Below the pieces are notes generated by a model. It saw only the letters and a list, made by a program, of their open reading frames with translations. It did no database searches and had not been told where the DNA came from. From contig OZ218952.1 of assembly GCA_965112735.1 (NCBI GenBank), forward strand, positions 4,216,001 to 4,280,000: a stretch of 64,000 nucleotides of DNA, read 5' to 3'. Position numbers and translations under genes: made by a program. Position 1 is the first letter of the stretch; every line of letters starts with the position of its first letter. This document shows, piece by piece, positions 1 through 12,758 of the stretch. Source of the DNA: Phaeosaccion multiseriatum (Eukaryota; Protista; Ochrophyta, other classes).

Positions 1-276
1 AAGGAAGGAAGGAAGGAAGGAGGCGGGAATGGAGACGAGGGGAAGCGGAATGAGAGGCTAGCTTAGCTTTCGTGTATGTGTGATCCATCCTCTTTCTCCC
101 CCACCCGTCTACCACCAAACCCCATGTACTGCCCACCCAGGAGCAGGAGCTACCTACTACGCATAGCTGCGCCTCCTTCTGCGCTGTCTGTTCCTCTCCT
201 CTTCCTGAGCCCAGAACACTCCTGCCATCCCTGCCATCCCTTGTGCCCATACGCCTCTACTCTCTCCCTCTCTTAC

Positions 277-1410
277 CTGCCCCTTGACGGTGAGGCGATC
301 GCAGTCGATGAGGCTGGGAATGCCCCCCCGGGTAGCTGCGTCGAGCTGCTGCACCAGCTTGAACTTCTTGCTGTCAAGGGCCACCACAGGCGCGCCCTTG
401 TCGCCTTCCGAGTGAGTAGGGAGGGTGCGTGGATGGGTGAGTGGTGGGCGGTTTGTTGGTCAGTTTGTTGGTTGCCGTCTTCGAGTGTGACTTGTTTGGG
501 TTGATTGATAGGCCGTTGTGTCTTGAAATGAAAGTGAAACTGCAACCGAAGCTTTCCTGCTGCTCTGTCGGGTGTATATATTTACGTATGCTTGTGCCTG
601 TGCCTGTGCTGGTGCTTTGTGCTGCTTAGATTGCTTACCTCGGCCGTCTGCCAGGACGATGTTGTAGGCGTCGTTAATGACATATGCGTCGCTGCGCAAC
701 AGGAGCAAGTCGTTGCACTTCTTTACAGGGGCGAAGCGAGTACGGGGCACGCACACCGCTCCAGCTCCTGATTGATTCATAGGGGGTGTGGAGGCAGGTA
801 AGGAGATGGAATCGTGTGCGATATGGTAAGCAGATGGAATGGTGTGCGATATATACTGAAGAAATCGTACGTAATCGTACGTACCCTTGAAGCACTCAAT
901 GGCGGCTCCCATGGCGGTCTCTAGCTGGAACACGGGGGTGCTCGCGTCGTTCTGGGGGTCCACAGTCTTGTTGTTCTGCATAGTGTGGTGAGATAGCAGA
1001 GACCAATGGGAAGGGCATTAATATGGATACACCACGTGGGGTTTGAGGTTGGCAACAACTCCTCTGAAGCATAGACCGTTGCATGCGCTCCCTCCCCTTG
1101 CGTCTCTCTCTGGAAGGGAAAAGTCATGCTAAAGCTGAAGCCACAACTCAAACTCAAACTCAAACCCAAACGATTCACGCATCCGTGTTTTCGTCGTGGG
1201 GAAGTACATGTGACCGATATACCTGTGACCGATGTACCTTACCTTGATCATGGGGAGGGGGATGAGGCCCCCCTGGGCAGTGATGGCCTCCTTGAGCTTG
1301 TCGAGGCGGATCCACAAGTTGTTGGTGTTGAAGAAGCGATGCTTAGACGTGTTTTGGAACTCGCCCTCGTCCTCGTCCGAGCACTGGACGAGAGAGGCAG
1401 ACAGAGGAGA

Positions 1411-1449
<39 letters not shown>

Positions 1450-3984
1450 AAAGTGAGAATCACACTTTCGGGTTGTTTGCTTGCCTGTTTTCCTTCTTTC
1501 CTCCCGGCCTTCCTGTCAGTCAGAAAGCCGAAAGTTCTCCCCTCCTCCTCCTCCTCCTCCTCCTCTCCTCTCCCACCACCCAACCACCCACTATGCCACG
1601 CACCTGCGCCGACTCCCTAAGGATGTACTGCCCATCCGCCGTGCGCAGGGCCAAGTGTCCTCCCTTCTTATCCGACTCCGTCCTCTCGCAACACTCCATG
1701 AGGAAGGGCTTGTCGGACTTGGCCAGGTAGGCAAGAAGGTCAAGGTCCAGCGTGGCACCGAGGTTGTCGGAGTTGCTCACGAACATGTACTGGTTGGTAT
1801 TGGTAGTAAGACAATGGGTAGGTGGATGGGTGGGTGGGTGGTTAAATTGGTTGGTTATGTGGTTGAGTAGGTAGGCTGGGTGGGTGGATTGGGCTGGTGG
1901 GTCATTGGGTGGGTTGGGAGAGTCAGGTGGGTACGGTGGGTGGGTGGGTGGTTTGGTTGGTTGGGAGTATGATTGAGTGGTTAGGCAGGTGGGTGGGTCG
2001 GTGGGGATGGGTGGTCGAGTGGAGTGTTTGAGTGGTTGGTTGTTTTACGGCCACGAGGGCATGTGTACGACACATCTATCCGTCCGTCGTTGCCTCCCTC
2101 TGCGTAGCTGGCTTCCCCATATGCCTCCACGGTATCGCTCACCTTGATGCCTGCAGCGAGCAGCTCATCGAGCTTGCCAGACCCCGCCAGAGCAGCGTAC
2201 AGGTCACCGTGACCGGGGGGGCACCACTCCTGCACAGGTCAGTCAGTCAAGTTCAGTCCAACGGGGGGCAGAGGGGTGAGGGAGGAAATGATGGGCAAGG
2301 TGACGGAGAGGGGCAAGTTGAGGAGAGAGATGGATCGGGAAGAGACGAGAGTGAGAGCGTCCATCATCACATCAAGTCTCCCTGGAGCTTCCTTCGCACG
2401 CCCCTTCTCACACATACATACACTGCCACGACTACCCCACCATTCCCCGTCCCCATCTCTCTTCTCTTTCTCTTCCTCTCCCTCCCCATCCCCCCTCCTC
2501 CTCTCCCTCTCTCTTCTCTCTCACTCCATTCATTACCTTGGATCGGTTTGTTGGGCACTCAGCGGGCTCCATGGTCTCCTGGTTCACTTTAGGTACCTGT
2601 GGTAAGGGAGGAGGAGGAGGAGGAGGAGGAGGAGGAGGAGGAGGAGGAGGAGGAGGAGGACGAGGAGGAGAGGACGGCGAATGAAATCGACACTCCTCAA
2701 GACAATACACATGTTGCCACCCCACTTGCCCACTCCGTCCAAGACTCTGTCACTTGCCCATTCCTCACCTTGTTCTGCAGCAGCTCCAGGTTGGGGTCGT
2801 TTGCGAGCTCAGGGTACTTGGTCAGGAAGGCGAGTGTGTCCGTTGAGGTGCTGGGGTGGGGGAGTGAGGAGGGAGGGGAGGTGTGAGTGTGAGGGAGAGA
2901 GGAGAGGCCACCTACCCTAGAGAGTGCACACCCTTACGATCCTTGGGACCCTTTACATCACAATCTAGTTTCCCCGCTCTGTCGCATGCCCGAATGGTAC
3001 CCCTTCGCAAGCAATCTGTTTACATAATGTTAGGTAAGTACCTGAAGGAGTTCATGAGCATGAAGCGCACGTTGGACCCGAATGCCTTTCGCATGTAAAT
3101 GACTTGCTTGGCAGTCAGGTCAAGGAAGGTATCCTAAAGAGGGAGGAGAGAGAGAGGAGAGAGGGAGAGAGAGAGGGGCGGGGGGTAGAGGAGTCTCAGA
3201 GAGGGGTGTCTGCAGAGGAGTGTGACACCAAGTAAGAGGGAAGGCCAGGAGGCGCGAGACGAGGCCGGGTGGGGGGAGTCAAAGGGACCATTGCTTGCTT
3301 CATCTTGAGACTAAATCTGAGGACAAGCATCGAGGACGAGTATCGAGGACGCCTGTGCTGGTGCGGATCGTGCGGTTGTACCACCAACTGTTCCTGCTGC
3401 TATACTACTGTTGCTGCTGCCACTGACCTTGCCCTTGACCGTGAGGAGAGACTTTGCCTTGTCAAGACCCATGCTGGTGCCCAGGCCTCCGTTGAGCTTC
3501 AACACCACCGTCTCGGAGAGCAGCGCCTCGGCACCGCTGCTCGGCAGTTGGCAAGGGAGAGAGAGCGAAAGAGAGACAGAGACAAATAGGGAGAGAGGGA
3601 CGGGTGCAAGAGGAGAGAGGGAGTACGTTATGAGAGGAGACGGGAATGAGAGAGACAGATATAGAAAGGGAGCATGACGAAGAGAGAAAGCTTAACTGTG
3701 AAGGAGGACACGCCTATGACGGAGTGCCTCAAATGCCGTGCGACTCGAACTTAAGCCATCGACGAACCAACTTACCTGTACTTTCCCTTGATGTCTCCCT
3801 CGAGGAAAGGCACATCTGTGGCGGGCTCAATGGAGCTCTCCGGGATGGTGCCAGTGCTGCCCGAGGAGAGGGCAGCGTACGAGTTCTTGAAAGCAAGAAT
3901 GGCGGCATCGGAAAGCTTTTCTGCACGCATCATCTCCTCGAACTTGGCGAACTTGGCCGCGTATTCGTCGGTCATTGTCGCCAT
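277..3984 (-). CDS. UGP: UDP-glucose pyrophosphorylase, 11 exons in window; the 3' end continues beyond position 1
   Basis: Spliced exons give VVLKLNGGLGTSMGLDKAKS, FMLMNSFST, EWCPPGHGDLY, YMFVSNSDNLGA, DKKGGHL, FFNTNNLW, QLETAMGAAI and RFAPVK. ATG is at 3984. The last visible exon (404-277) ends at a GTAAG donor with no stop. Confidence 0.95.
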
Positions 3985-5235
3985 GGTTGTGCGTGTGAAG
4001 GGTGTGGGATTACCACGTTGCTGCTTAGAGAAAGGAATATATAATATGTTCAGGAAAGCGAGAGGGAGGAGGAGCGATGGGGAGGACAAAGAAATAAGCG
4101 TGTGGGAGTCAAAATGCTTTCCTGTTGCAGAGCAGAAGCAGCCGCGCCCTCCACACGCGGTCAACGGCGTTAGATTGTCGACCCGTACTCATCATTCTTC
4201 CCTCCGTGTTCCCTCCCGACATTGAGCGGGCCGCATGCCCTCCTCGTATACTTTCGTTGCTTCCTTCTTCCCCCATTGACTTCAAACGTAGATGAGTGAC
4301 CTCTCACGTAGAAGGGGCTGCTTTGCTCCACTCCCTTCCATTGTATCGCCCCAATCCACGATCACGAAGAGCCACGCACGCGACAGATACCCACCCTCCT
4401 AGCGCACGCCCTCCTTCCCTCACAAGCGCAGACTTGCAAGCATATCCAGCTGCTACACCACCATCCGCATCTCCAATACCATTCTTACCTTGCGCGGATG
4501 TACGTGAGGGCTGTACTTCGCTCAAGAGACCGAGTTAAGAAGTGAGGGGTGGCGCTCGGTGTTACTCCGGAGCCCCCGGGGTCAATTTGCAATTTGAGAT
4601 AGTCGCCCCTCGAACGTTGGATTCTTCAGAGATTCTCGGTTCATCTTGCCCTCACTGATCCCTCACTCGGGGCCTCATCCCTCAGTCGGCCTTTTCCTTT
4701 ATCGTGGATTATTATCTTCTTATTGTAAGTATGGCCGGCGCCAGGTCTGAATATATTAATCCCCCCCTGATACTGATTCTGTGGCCTCTCTATTCCTCTC
4801 CTCCCTCCCCTCTACCCATGTAGCAGACGCTGCAAAACCGGGCCCGCACGGGTAGGAAGTGCGGGTAGGACGCATACTCTAAGGTAAAAGGTTATGAATA
4901 TGTTTGGATTGTTACCAGGGTGCTACCGTCTATCCTTTGCCCCCTCTCCGTCTCCTCCCACTATCCTCCAATGCACACGTCTCATAATAAAAGTCTGGGC
5001 GGGGAAACCCTCACCCCCCCGGTCGCCGGTCCCCCTAAACCCCTAAATCCCCCTGCGCCTTCCTTCGAGCTTCCTCCTCTCTCCGGGCCATGGATCCCAT
5101 CCCTTCCCTTCCCTTCACATCGCCGAACGCGTGTTTTGGGGTTGCTTACTTCCCACCCAACCCGTGACGCACACCGACCTTACTTCTCCCCTTACCTAAC
5201 CCATGTCAATAAAACCAAAACTAAAGTTCAAGTCA

Positions 5236-8200
5236 CTAAGGGATGGTGTCACGAATCACCGAGATGCGCTGATACTGCCTGCACACATACTCAATGTTCT
5301 CCACGGCGATGTCCCTGACGCGAGTTGAGTCGTCCAAGTGGTGATGCCCACCGCTAATGAGGGTCACCGCCAGGTCCGGGCAGGCCACCCGCTTGGCAAT
5401 GTCAATCGCCACAGTGTACGGCACCTCCTCATCATTCAAGCCATGCACCAGACGCATAGGACGAGGCACGCTCAGCTCCTTATCGGGCCCATCGAGGAGC
5501 AGGTTGTTGCGACCGTCTTCGATGAGCGCGCGGGTGATGATTTGGTACTTGTTGCCCCACAGCACCTCGGAGTGTCCATTGTCCATGATCTCCTTCTTCT
5601 TGTCCGCAGGGAGGTACTTCCACAGCAGCTTCTCGGTAAAGTCTGTGGGGGTGAGGGTGTGGGTAGGTGGGTGGTGGGCGGGTGGGAGAGGAGAGGAGGA
5701 GGGGGGAAGGGAGGAGGAGGAGGAGGAGGAGGAGGAGGAGGAGGAGATGGATGAGGACCATGGTGAGTGAGTGAGTGGTAAGAACAGACAGCTCCTACAA
5801 TGCGCCCCCGTCTCCAACACACCCACATCCATCCACCCACTCAAACCTCCCTATCAGTTTTGCAGTTCGATTCTCCCTACCCTCCCTCAACCACACGTCG
5901 TCGCCAACCAACATCTACCTCTGCCGTACTCCTGCCTACTTACCTACCCACCTACTCCTCCTCCTCCCCTTCCTCCTACCCACCTGACCCCCTGGGGTTC
6001 CTACTTCTCCTCCTCCTCCTCCTCCTCCTCCTCCTGACCCCCTGGGGTGGGTCAATAATCAAATCCTCCCCACCTCCACCTCCTCCTCCTCCTCGTCCTC
6101 CCCCAACCCCCTCCTCCTACCCGCATCTGTACCCACCTGGGTCGGCAGACAACCCGCAGAATCCCGCCACTAGGTCAGGCCTCTCGAGCATCACGAGGAG
6201 GCCCACCCACCCGCCCACGCCTCCGCCCACGAGCACCGCCCGGGCAGAGGGGCACACGTTCTCCAGCATCTTGATTGTGTCCTCCTTCCAGCGGGTGATG
6301 GTTCCTGTAGGGGGGGGGGGGGGGGGGGTAAGCAGAGCAATTGGGGGCATAAGGGAGTAGTACCATTATGGCCAAGTCAGTGGAAGTCAAGTGCTGCACA
6401 CGCCCAATCCCACCCCCCCTTGGCTCGGCATCTCACCCCATTCCACCCCACCCGCTCCCTTCCCCTCCCCTCCCCTCCCCACCCTACCCCATCTCATCGA
6501 ATCCTCTCCCATCCCCTCCCCCTTCCCACCCCATTTCACACCGCCCCCTTCCCGTCGCTCTCACCTAGCTTGATGTCTCCGCTGCTCCTTCCGCATCCGT
6601 ACCAGTCCGCCGTCAGGAAGGTCCGATCGTGGGCCTATGGGCCGGGGGAGAATGCGTTCCAAGCAAAGAGGCATGGGAAGCGGGGGAGGGAGGGAGGGAG
6701 GGAGGGAAAGAAAGGGGGTGCGTGTGTGTATGTGTGTGTATATGTGTTTCTTCCTGCATGTACACATGGGTATGCAGGTATGACAATTGAGACTATTGGA
6801 CGTCTGGGGGGAGGTGATTGCAAATCGATACGAACGGATACGCATGAGCCAAGTACCCGCGTTGGCTCCTCCTCCTCCTCCTCCTCCTCCTCCTCCTCCT
6901 CCTCCTCCTCCTCTTCCTCCTCCTCCTCCTCCTCCCCTCTCTGTACTGTACATGCTCCGCGTCGGCTCCTCCTCCTCCTCCTGCCCCTCCTCCTCCTGCC
7001 CCTCCCCCTCCTCCTACTGCTCCTCCTCCTCCTCCTGCCCCTCCTCCTCCTCCTCCTCCTCCTCCTCCTCCTCCTACTGCTCCTCCTCCTCCTCCTCCTC
7101 CTCCTCCTCCTCCTCCTCCCCTCTTTGTACTGCACATGCTCCGCGTCCGCTCCTCCTCCTGCCCCTCCTCCTCCTCCTACTGCTCCTCCTCCTCCTCCTC
7201 CTCCTCCTCCTCCTCTTCCTCCTCCCCTCTCTGTACTGTACACGCTCACTTACCCGGCAGCTCTCCTTGATTCTTTCTCCCTTGGTGTCGTCTGGGCGAG
7301 TGTCGAAGGCCGGAAGATACATTACTGTCGGGCTCTGTTGTTGCGTAGTTGAGCAAAAGAGAGGAAAGGGAGGGACCCAAACAAAAAGACAACAACAATG
7401 AGAGAACGAGAGGGAGAGGGAAAGACATAAGAAACGCCAAAGAGGGAGAGATAGACGCTGTGGGAAGGAGGAGAGCCAACGAAGGAGAAAAATGCAGAGA
7501 AAGGACAGGCTTGAGCAAGAGTCAGGAAGGCGGGAGAGAATGCAGAGTGTGTAGAGCTGAAGGAGTGTGTTGGGGAGTCGGGGAGGGAGGAGGGGCGCCC
7601 ACCTTCAAGCCCTACTTGTACAGGGGCGGGGCAGTGGCAATGGGAGTAATGAGCCGTTATCATGTCATACATCAGCACCAGTTTGCTTCCCTCCCTTCAC
7701 CTTTCCGGCTTTCCTTCATTCTTCATTCCATTCTCTTCCCCCCTCCCTCCCTCCTTCATTGATAAACTCGACTCGACTCAATTTTTCTCTCCCCTACAAA
7801 ACAAAACATCATTGTTTCCAGGCCATCTAACTAGACTTTTCATTATTTCCACCCTCCCTCCTTCATTGATTGACTCCTCGACTCCCTCCCCCTACAACAC
7901 CAATACGTACATTGATTCCCGGGGCCATGGTGTAGTAAATCTCCTCTCCGTCGTCGTTTGTCCACACCTTGGAGAACTCGTCGATCTCATGGCCGTCTTC
8001 TGGAGGCTTGCGCCACGGGTCAATGAAGCTTGCAAATCATTGAATGAGAGGACGAGGAGGGGGGGGATGGGGTGGAGATGCGATGGAGAGGGGCCAGAGA
8101 AGGTGAAGGGGGGTGCCGGTGGGGTTGGGTGGGGCAAGTGAGGAGGGTGAGTAGGGGGGCATGGGCTTAGTTTCATGAGTCAAGAGAGAGAATGGTAAGT

Positions 8201-9142
8201 GTTTGGTGTCTGCTTCTTTTTCCCCAGGTAGAAAATGGCTCTTCTGCGCCTTGTTGTCCTTCCTCGCAATCACAGCCCCTTCTCCTCGCCCTGTGGGGAC
8301 ACTTACTCCAAGGATGAGTGGGGGATGATCTGTGCAGCGAGCAGCAGTGGGAAGGAGAAGGGGGGAGAGAGAATGGACGGGAAGAGGGAGGGGGGGTGCG
8401 GATCAGGGATGTGCACACGGGTCTGAGTTGGGGGAGACAGTGAGTGAGGGCCTACTCCTCAGACACACAGAGAGAAGAGACAGAGCGCAGCGCAGAGAGA
8501 GAGAGAGAGAGAGAGAGAGCAGAGAAGGAGGGGAGGAAGTAGGCGCGGCGCGACACTCTTGATTCACTCACTGACCTTCCTTCGTAGTGCCGGGCCAGAG
8601 TCTGGCGAAAGCGCAAGTGTCGAAAGTGACGCATTTCGGCCGCGTGCCAAGAGGAGCAAAGGACAGAGCAAAAGACACATGGAGGGAAGACATAGGCAAG
8701 GTTTGCAGGTCGGTAAGGAGAAAGGGGGACGGGTAGCAGAGTAGCCGAGACGGAGTTTCGGCAGCGAGAGGCCAAATGACGGGACCATACCGGAGGGAGT
8801 GTACGAGAGGAGGGGGCATAACGTACTGGAGTGGGAAGGAATGAAGGTCAAATGGGCAGCTACGAGGAGGAAGAAGAAAACGAGAGGGGCAGAGAGCAAG
8901 CAGGATAGAGCACCAAACATGACATGGGTGGAGAATCACGCACCTTCGCCCTCCACGTAGCTAGGCAACTCAACCATGACCTTCTTTTGCATCCTGGGGC
9001 CGGGGCGAGCGTCGCTTAGAGCGGTGCTGCTGCTGCCTCCTCCTCTTCCCGCCGCTACGGTCCCTGTGAAGGCATCCGTTCCCTGCAGGCCCAAGCATGC
9101 CGCTGCTGCTAAGGTTGTTGCGGCGAGAATACCCCTCCCCAT
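5236..9142 (-). CDS. ABHD10-like alpha/beta hydrolase, probably plastid-targeted, nucleophile Ser replaced by Gly; about 8 exons
   Basis: Hydrophobic signal ending GTDA-F plus an S/T/R-rich transit region. Exons give PTVMYLPAF, DWYGCGRSSG, GTITRWKED, VLVGGGVGGW, ADPDFTE, LVHGLNDEEVP and GGHHHL. Two small exons near 8790-8825 and 8307-8330 restore phase but are less certain. Confidence 0.8.
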
Positions 9143-9360
9143 GTTTGGGTGCCTCCTTTTCCTGCTGCGTCTCTATCCAGTGTTGCTGTTCAGCTTTGTT
9201 GCTTGAAGGAAGGAGAAAAGTGCAAGTGAGGACGGGCGGGGCGGGGAATCCGTGGTCGACGTGTTTGGGTAGGATAAATTTCCCTCCCCTTATTCTCCAC
9301 TTTCCGTCTCTGGTCTTTTCGCTCCTCCTTCTCTTCTCCCTCGAGAGGGAGTGGGGCTCT

Positions 9361-11332
9361 ATGCCCTTATTGGAGAAGGCCCGCTCGTTCTGGAGGGCCT
9401 TTTTCTTCCTCCTCTTTGGCGATTATCGGGGTTTGACCACCAAGCGGCTGACCCTCGCCCTTGTCGGGGTGCTGGTGCTCTACGTGGGGCGGAGGTCGTA
9501 CAGGACGCATGGTCGAGGGAGAGGAGGTGGGTAACACTTGAGGCGGGCGACGTCTTTCCTGGCCCAGGAGCTAGTAGTGATAATGTTGTTCCCTTCCCTT
9601 TTCTTTTGCTGTTCTTTTGTTCTGTGCAGTGGCGCTTGACGCGAGCCGCCACAACCACGCACTCCACCCCCTCCTCTTCCAGCACGAGGAGGACGACGAC
9701 CAGGTGGACGCGAGATTCGTGAGGGAGATCCAGGCCCTCGAGCCGTCCAAGGAGCTCCGCGTCATCTCCTATTCGCTGTACGGAGACGACCCAAAGTACA
9801 CCAGGTAGAGGGTGGCTGGCTGGCTGGCTGGCTGTACGCGGAAGTGCCACCAACTTTTCACTGTTGTATGCGGAGACGGGATCGGGTCGGTCATCTAATG
9901 TAAACTAGTCGCCCTCTGTCCGAACTGGTACTTTGTGCCCCTGCTGCCCGCCCCTTCTGCCCGTTCTGCTGTTGCTACCAGTGGTCTTTGTGTTACGTGT
10001 CCTGCTTTCAATCAAACCCCCGTGCCTTCGTTTAACGCTCTCAACCCCACCCCCGATATATTGTGTATACTCCCACCCGACTCGTTAGAGGCGCAGTGCG
10101 CAACGCTGAACTGGCGCTCGACTACTTTCCCGGGTGGGTTACTCGATTCTACGTAGACAAGTCGGTGCCGGAATCTGTCGTGGAGGAGCTTAAGGCAAGG
10201 GGGGCGCAGGTCTTTCTCAAGAAGAGCAAGGCGGAGGGGGAGGCGGTAGGTGAGAAGAAGGGGGCGCGGGGGGTGTGGGCAGGATTTGGGCTGGATAACC
10301 TATCGTCTCGCAGGGAGGGGGGAGGGAGGCAGACAGATAGGCAGGCAGGTAGAGGAGGCGTTTGGACTGACTGACTGACTGACGGACTGATTGACTGACT
10401 GACTGACTGGCCGACGGACTGGCATGACATATAGACATAGACTGGCACACAAAAAGCACGGGCACCTCGAAGCACAGACAGACACAACAGCGAGGCATGC
10501 ACAGACATGCACAGGCAGACACACCGGCAGACAGACAGCGGCGTATGCACCTCGCCCCCCTTCTGCTGGTTCTTTGCGGGCTCTTTCCTCGTCTCTCTAG
10601 TGTATGGCATGATCCTTCTGACCTCCTCGACCCCCTCTCCTCCCCTCAGGCATGTTCTGGCGCTTTCTAGCCGCAGACGACCCCAAGGTGGACCGCTTCA
10701 TTGTGCGCGATGTGGACAGTCGCCTCAATGCCAGGTGTGTACGGGTCTAGAGGCACGCAGTAGTGTAGAAGTGGTGGCAGAAGTGGTCGTAGCAGCAGTA
10801 GCATGGCGGCAGTAGCTGTAGCAGTAATGGTAGTAGTATTAAGTAGGAGAAGGAGGAGGAGGAGGAGGAGGAGGAGGAGGAGTAGTAGGAGTAGTAGTAG
10901 GAGTAGTAGTAGGTAGCAGCAGTAGTAGTAGTAGTAGTAGTAGTAGAAGAAGCAGGGGAGGAGCAGCAGTAGTAGTAGCACTAGCAGCAGTTGCAGTAGC
11001 AATTTCAGTGGTCAGCGCCCCATCCGTAGGCCTCTCGCACGATAGAGGACCTAAGCAAAGTGTGCTGTGTGGAGGAAGAGCCTCAGACTCAACCCACCAA
11101 AACAGGGGTACGAAACTGAAACACACCACAGAAGCATCCAAACTATCCGTCACCTCTGAGCCACAACCTCCTTACCCACCTATCACAACCCACCAACCAC
11201 CCCCGACCCCAACCTCCACCTCACCCCACCGCACCCCACCCCACTCCACTGCCCTTCCCTGCCCTTCCCTTCCCTTCCCCTCCCCTCCCCCAACCCCACC
11301 GCCGCCACCCCCACCCTCTCCGCCTGATCTAT

Positions 11333-11369
<37 letters not shown>

Positions 11370-12758
11370 TGTCTGTCTGCCTGTCACCACCCCCAGGGAC
11401 CGCTTCGCTGTGCAGGAGTGGATCAAGAGCGGTAGAGCCGTGCATGTTGTGCGTGACCACTTGTGTCACGATTATGCCATGAGTGGGGGCATGTGGGGCG
11501 CTGTGAAGGGGGCGTTACATGGACAGAAGATGGGGGATCTCGTGGGGCAGTGGGCGAAAAGTCACGGGGACAGATACATGGCGGACATTGAGTTCCTCGG
11601 GCAGATGGTACGTAAGGAGGGTATGGGGTATAGGGGTATATGGGGTGTAGGGTATGGGGTATGAAATGAAGGATAAAGGGCACGGGGACACAAGAAAAGC
11701 GGACATAGAGTTCCTCCGCCAGATGGTTCGTATGGAGGATATGGGGCATCGGGTACATGGGCTTAGGGTATGGGGGTATTATGGGGTATGGGGTATGAAG
11801 AAAAGGGTTAGTGGTATGGTATAAAGTACGTGAGCCAAAGAGCATGGGGACAGATATGTGGCGGACAGAGTTCCTCGGACAGATGGTACGTAAGGTGGTA
11901 TGAGGTATGGGGTATGTTGGGTATGGGCTATATGTATGAAGTGAATCTTGAAGGGTCTCGTATAGAATGTGAGTAGGCTGAGGGCACGGGGACAGATGTA
12001 TGTTCGTACATCGAGTTCCTCGACCAGACGGAGCGTGGGGAAGGGAGAGAGGGACGGAGGGAGTTAGTGAGTGAGGGATGGAGTGTAGACTGGTATGGAC
12101 CGGACCGTGTAGGGGCAAGATCAACAGTATAGGGTATGTGGCATTGAGTATAGAGTATTGCGTGTAGGGTACCTCTGCACGGTATGACCTCGTGTGTGAG
12201 TAAGGTGCCTTTCTCCCTGCCCCTACATCCATACCGATATTATGAACCGCGCGCGTTTTATTGTGTCTCTCGCTTCGTTTCTCTCACTCTTGACTCGTCG
12301 TTGTCTCTCCGTCCCCCTTTCTTCTCTCTCTCTGGTCTTTATCTCGCTGTACTTCTGTGTCTCCCTCCCTCTCTCTCCCTCGCTCCCTCCCTCTCTCCCT
12401 CCACCTTTCTCCCTCTCTCTTATCTCTATATCTTTCCTTCGGTTTCTCTCCCCCACTCTCTCTCTCTCTCCCTCTCCCTCTCCCACATCCACACACATAC
12501 AATACATACAAATCACAGATTTGGCCTCTCATTGTGGATGACCAAATCTCCCACGACACGTACTTTTGCATGAAGTACCCAAACGCCGTGCCCTTTCCCA
12601 CGCAAAGGTACACCAACTTCCAACACGTGGGGCAAGTGTTCAATGCCGAGGACGAGGCGAGGGTGTCGGACATTACTTCCTACTCTTGTGGGGGCACCTT
12701 GAGCCACACAGAGCAGCCCGAGATGTGCCGAAACAAGCACAGTTGGAAGTTTGGCTGA
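9361..12758 (+). CDS. Uncharacterised type II membrane protein with a DxD motif (putative glycosyltransferase-like); 6 exons
   Basis: Phase-consistent exons start at 9361, 9630, 10089, 10650, ~11397 and 12519. An N-terminal hydrophobic anchor is followed by ISYSLYG, GAVRNAELA, FPGW, GMFWRF, IVRDVDSRL, VRDH and SGGMWG. Confidence 0.8.

Noticed and set aside
4230-5230. Possible ncRNA or element upstream of UGP
   Set aside because: Only short imperfect repeats; no tRNA, snRNA or terminal-repeat structure is supportable.
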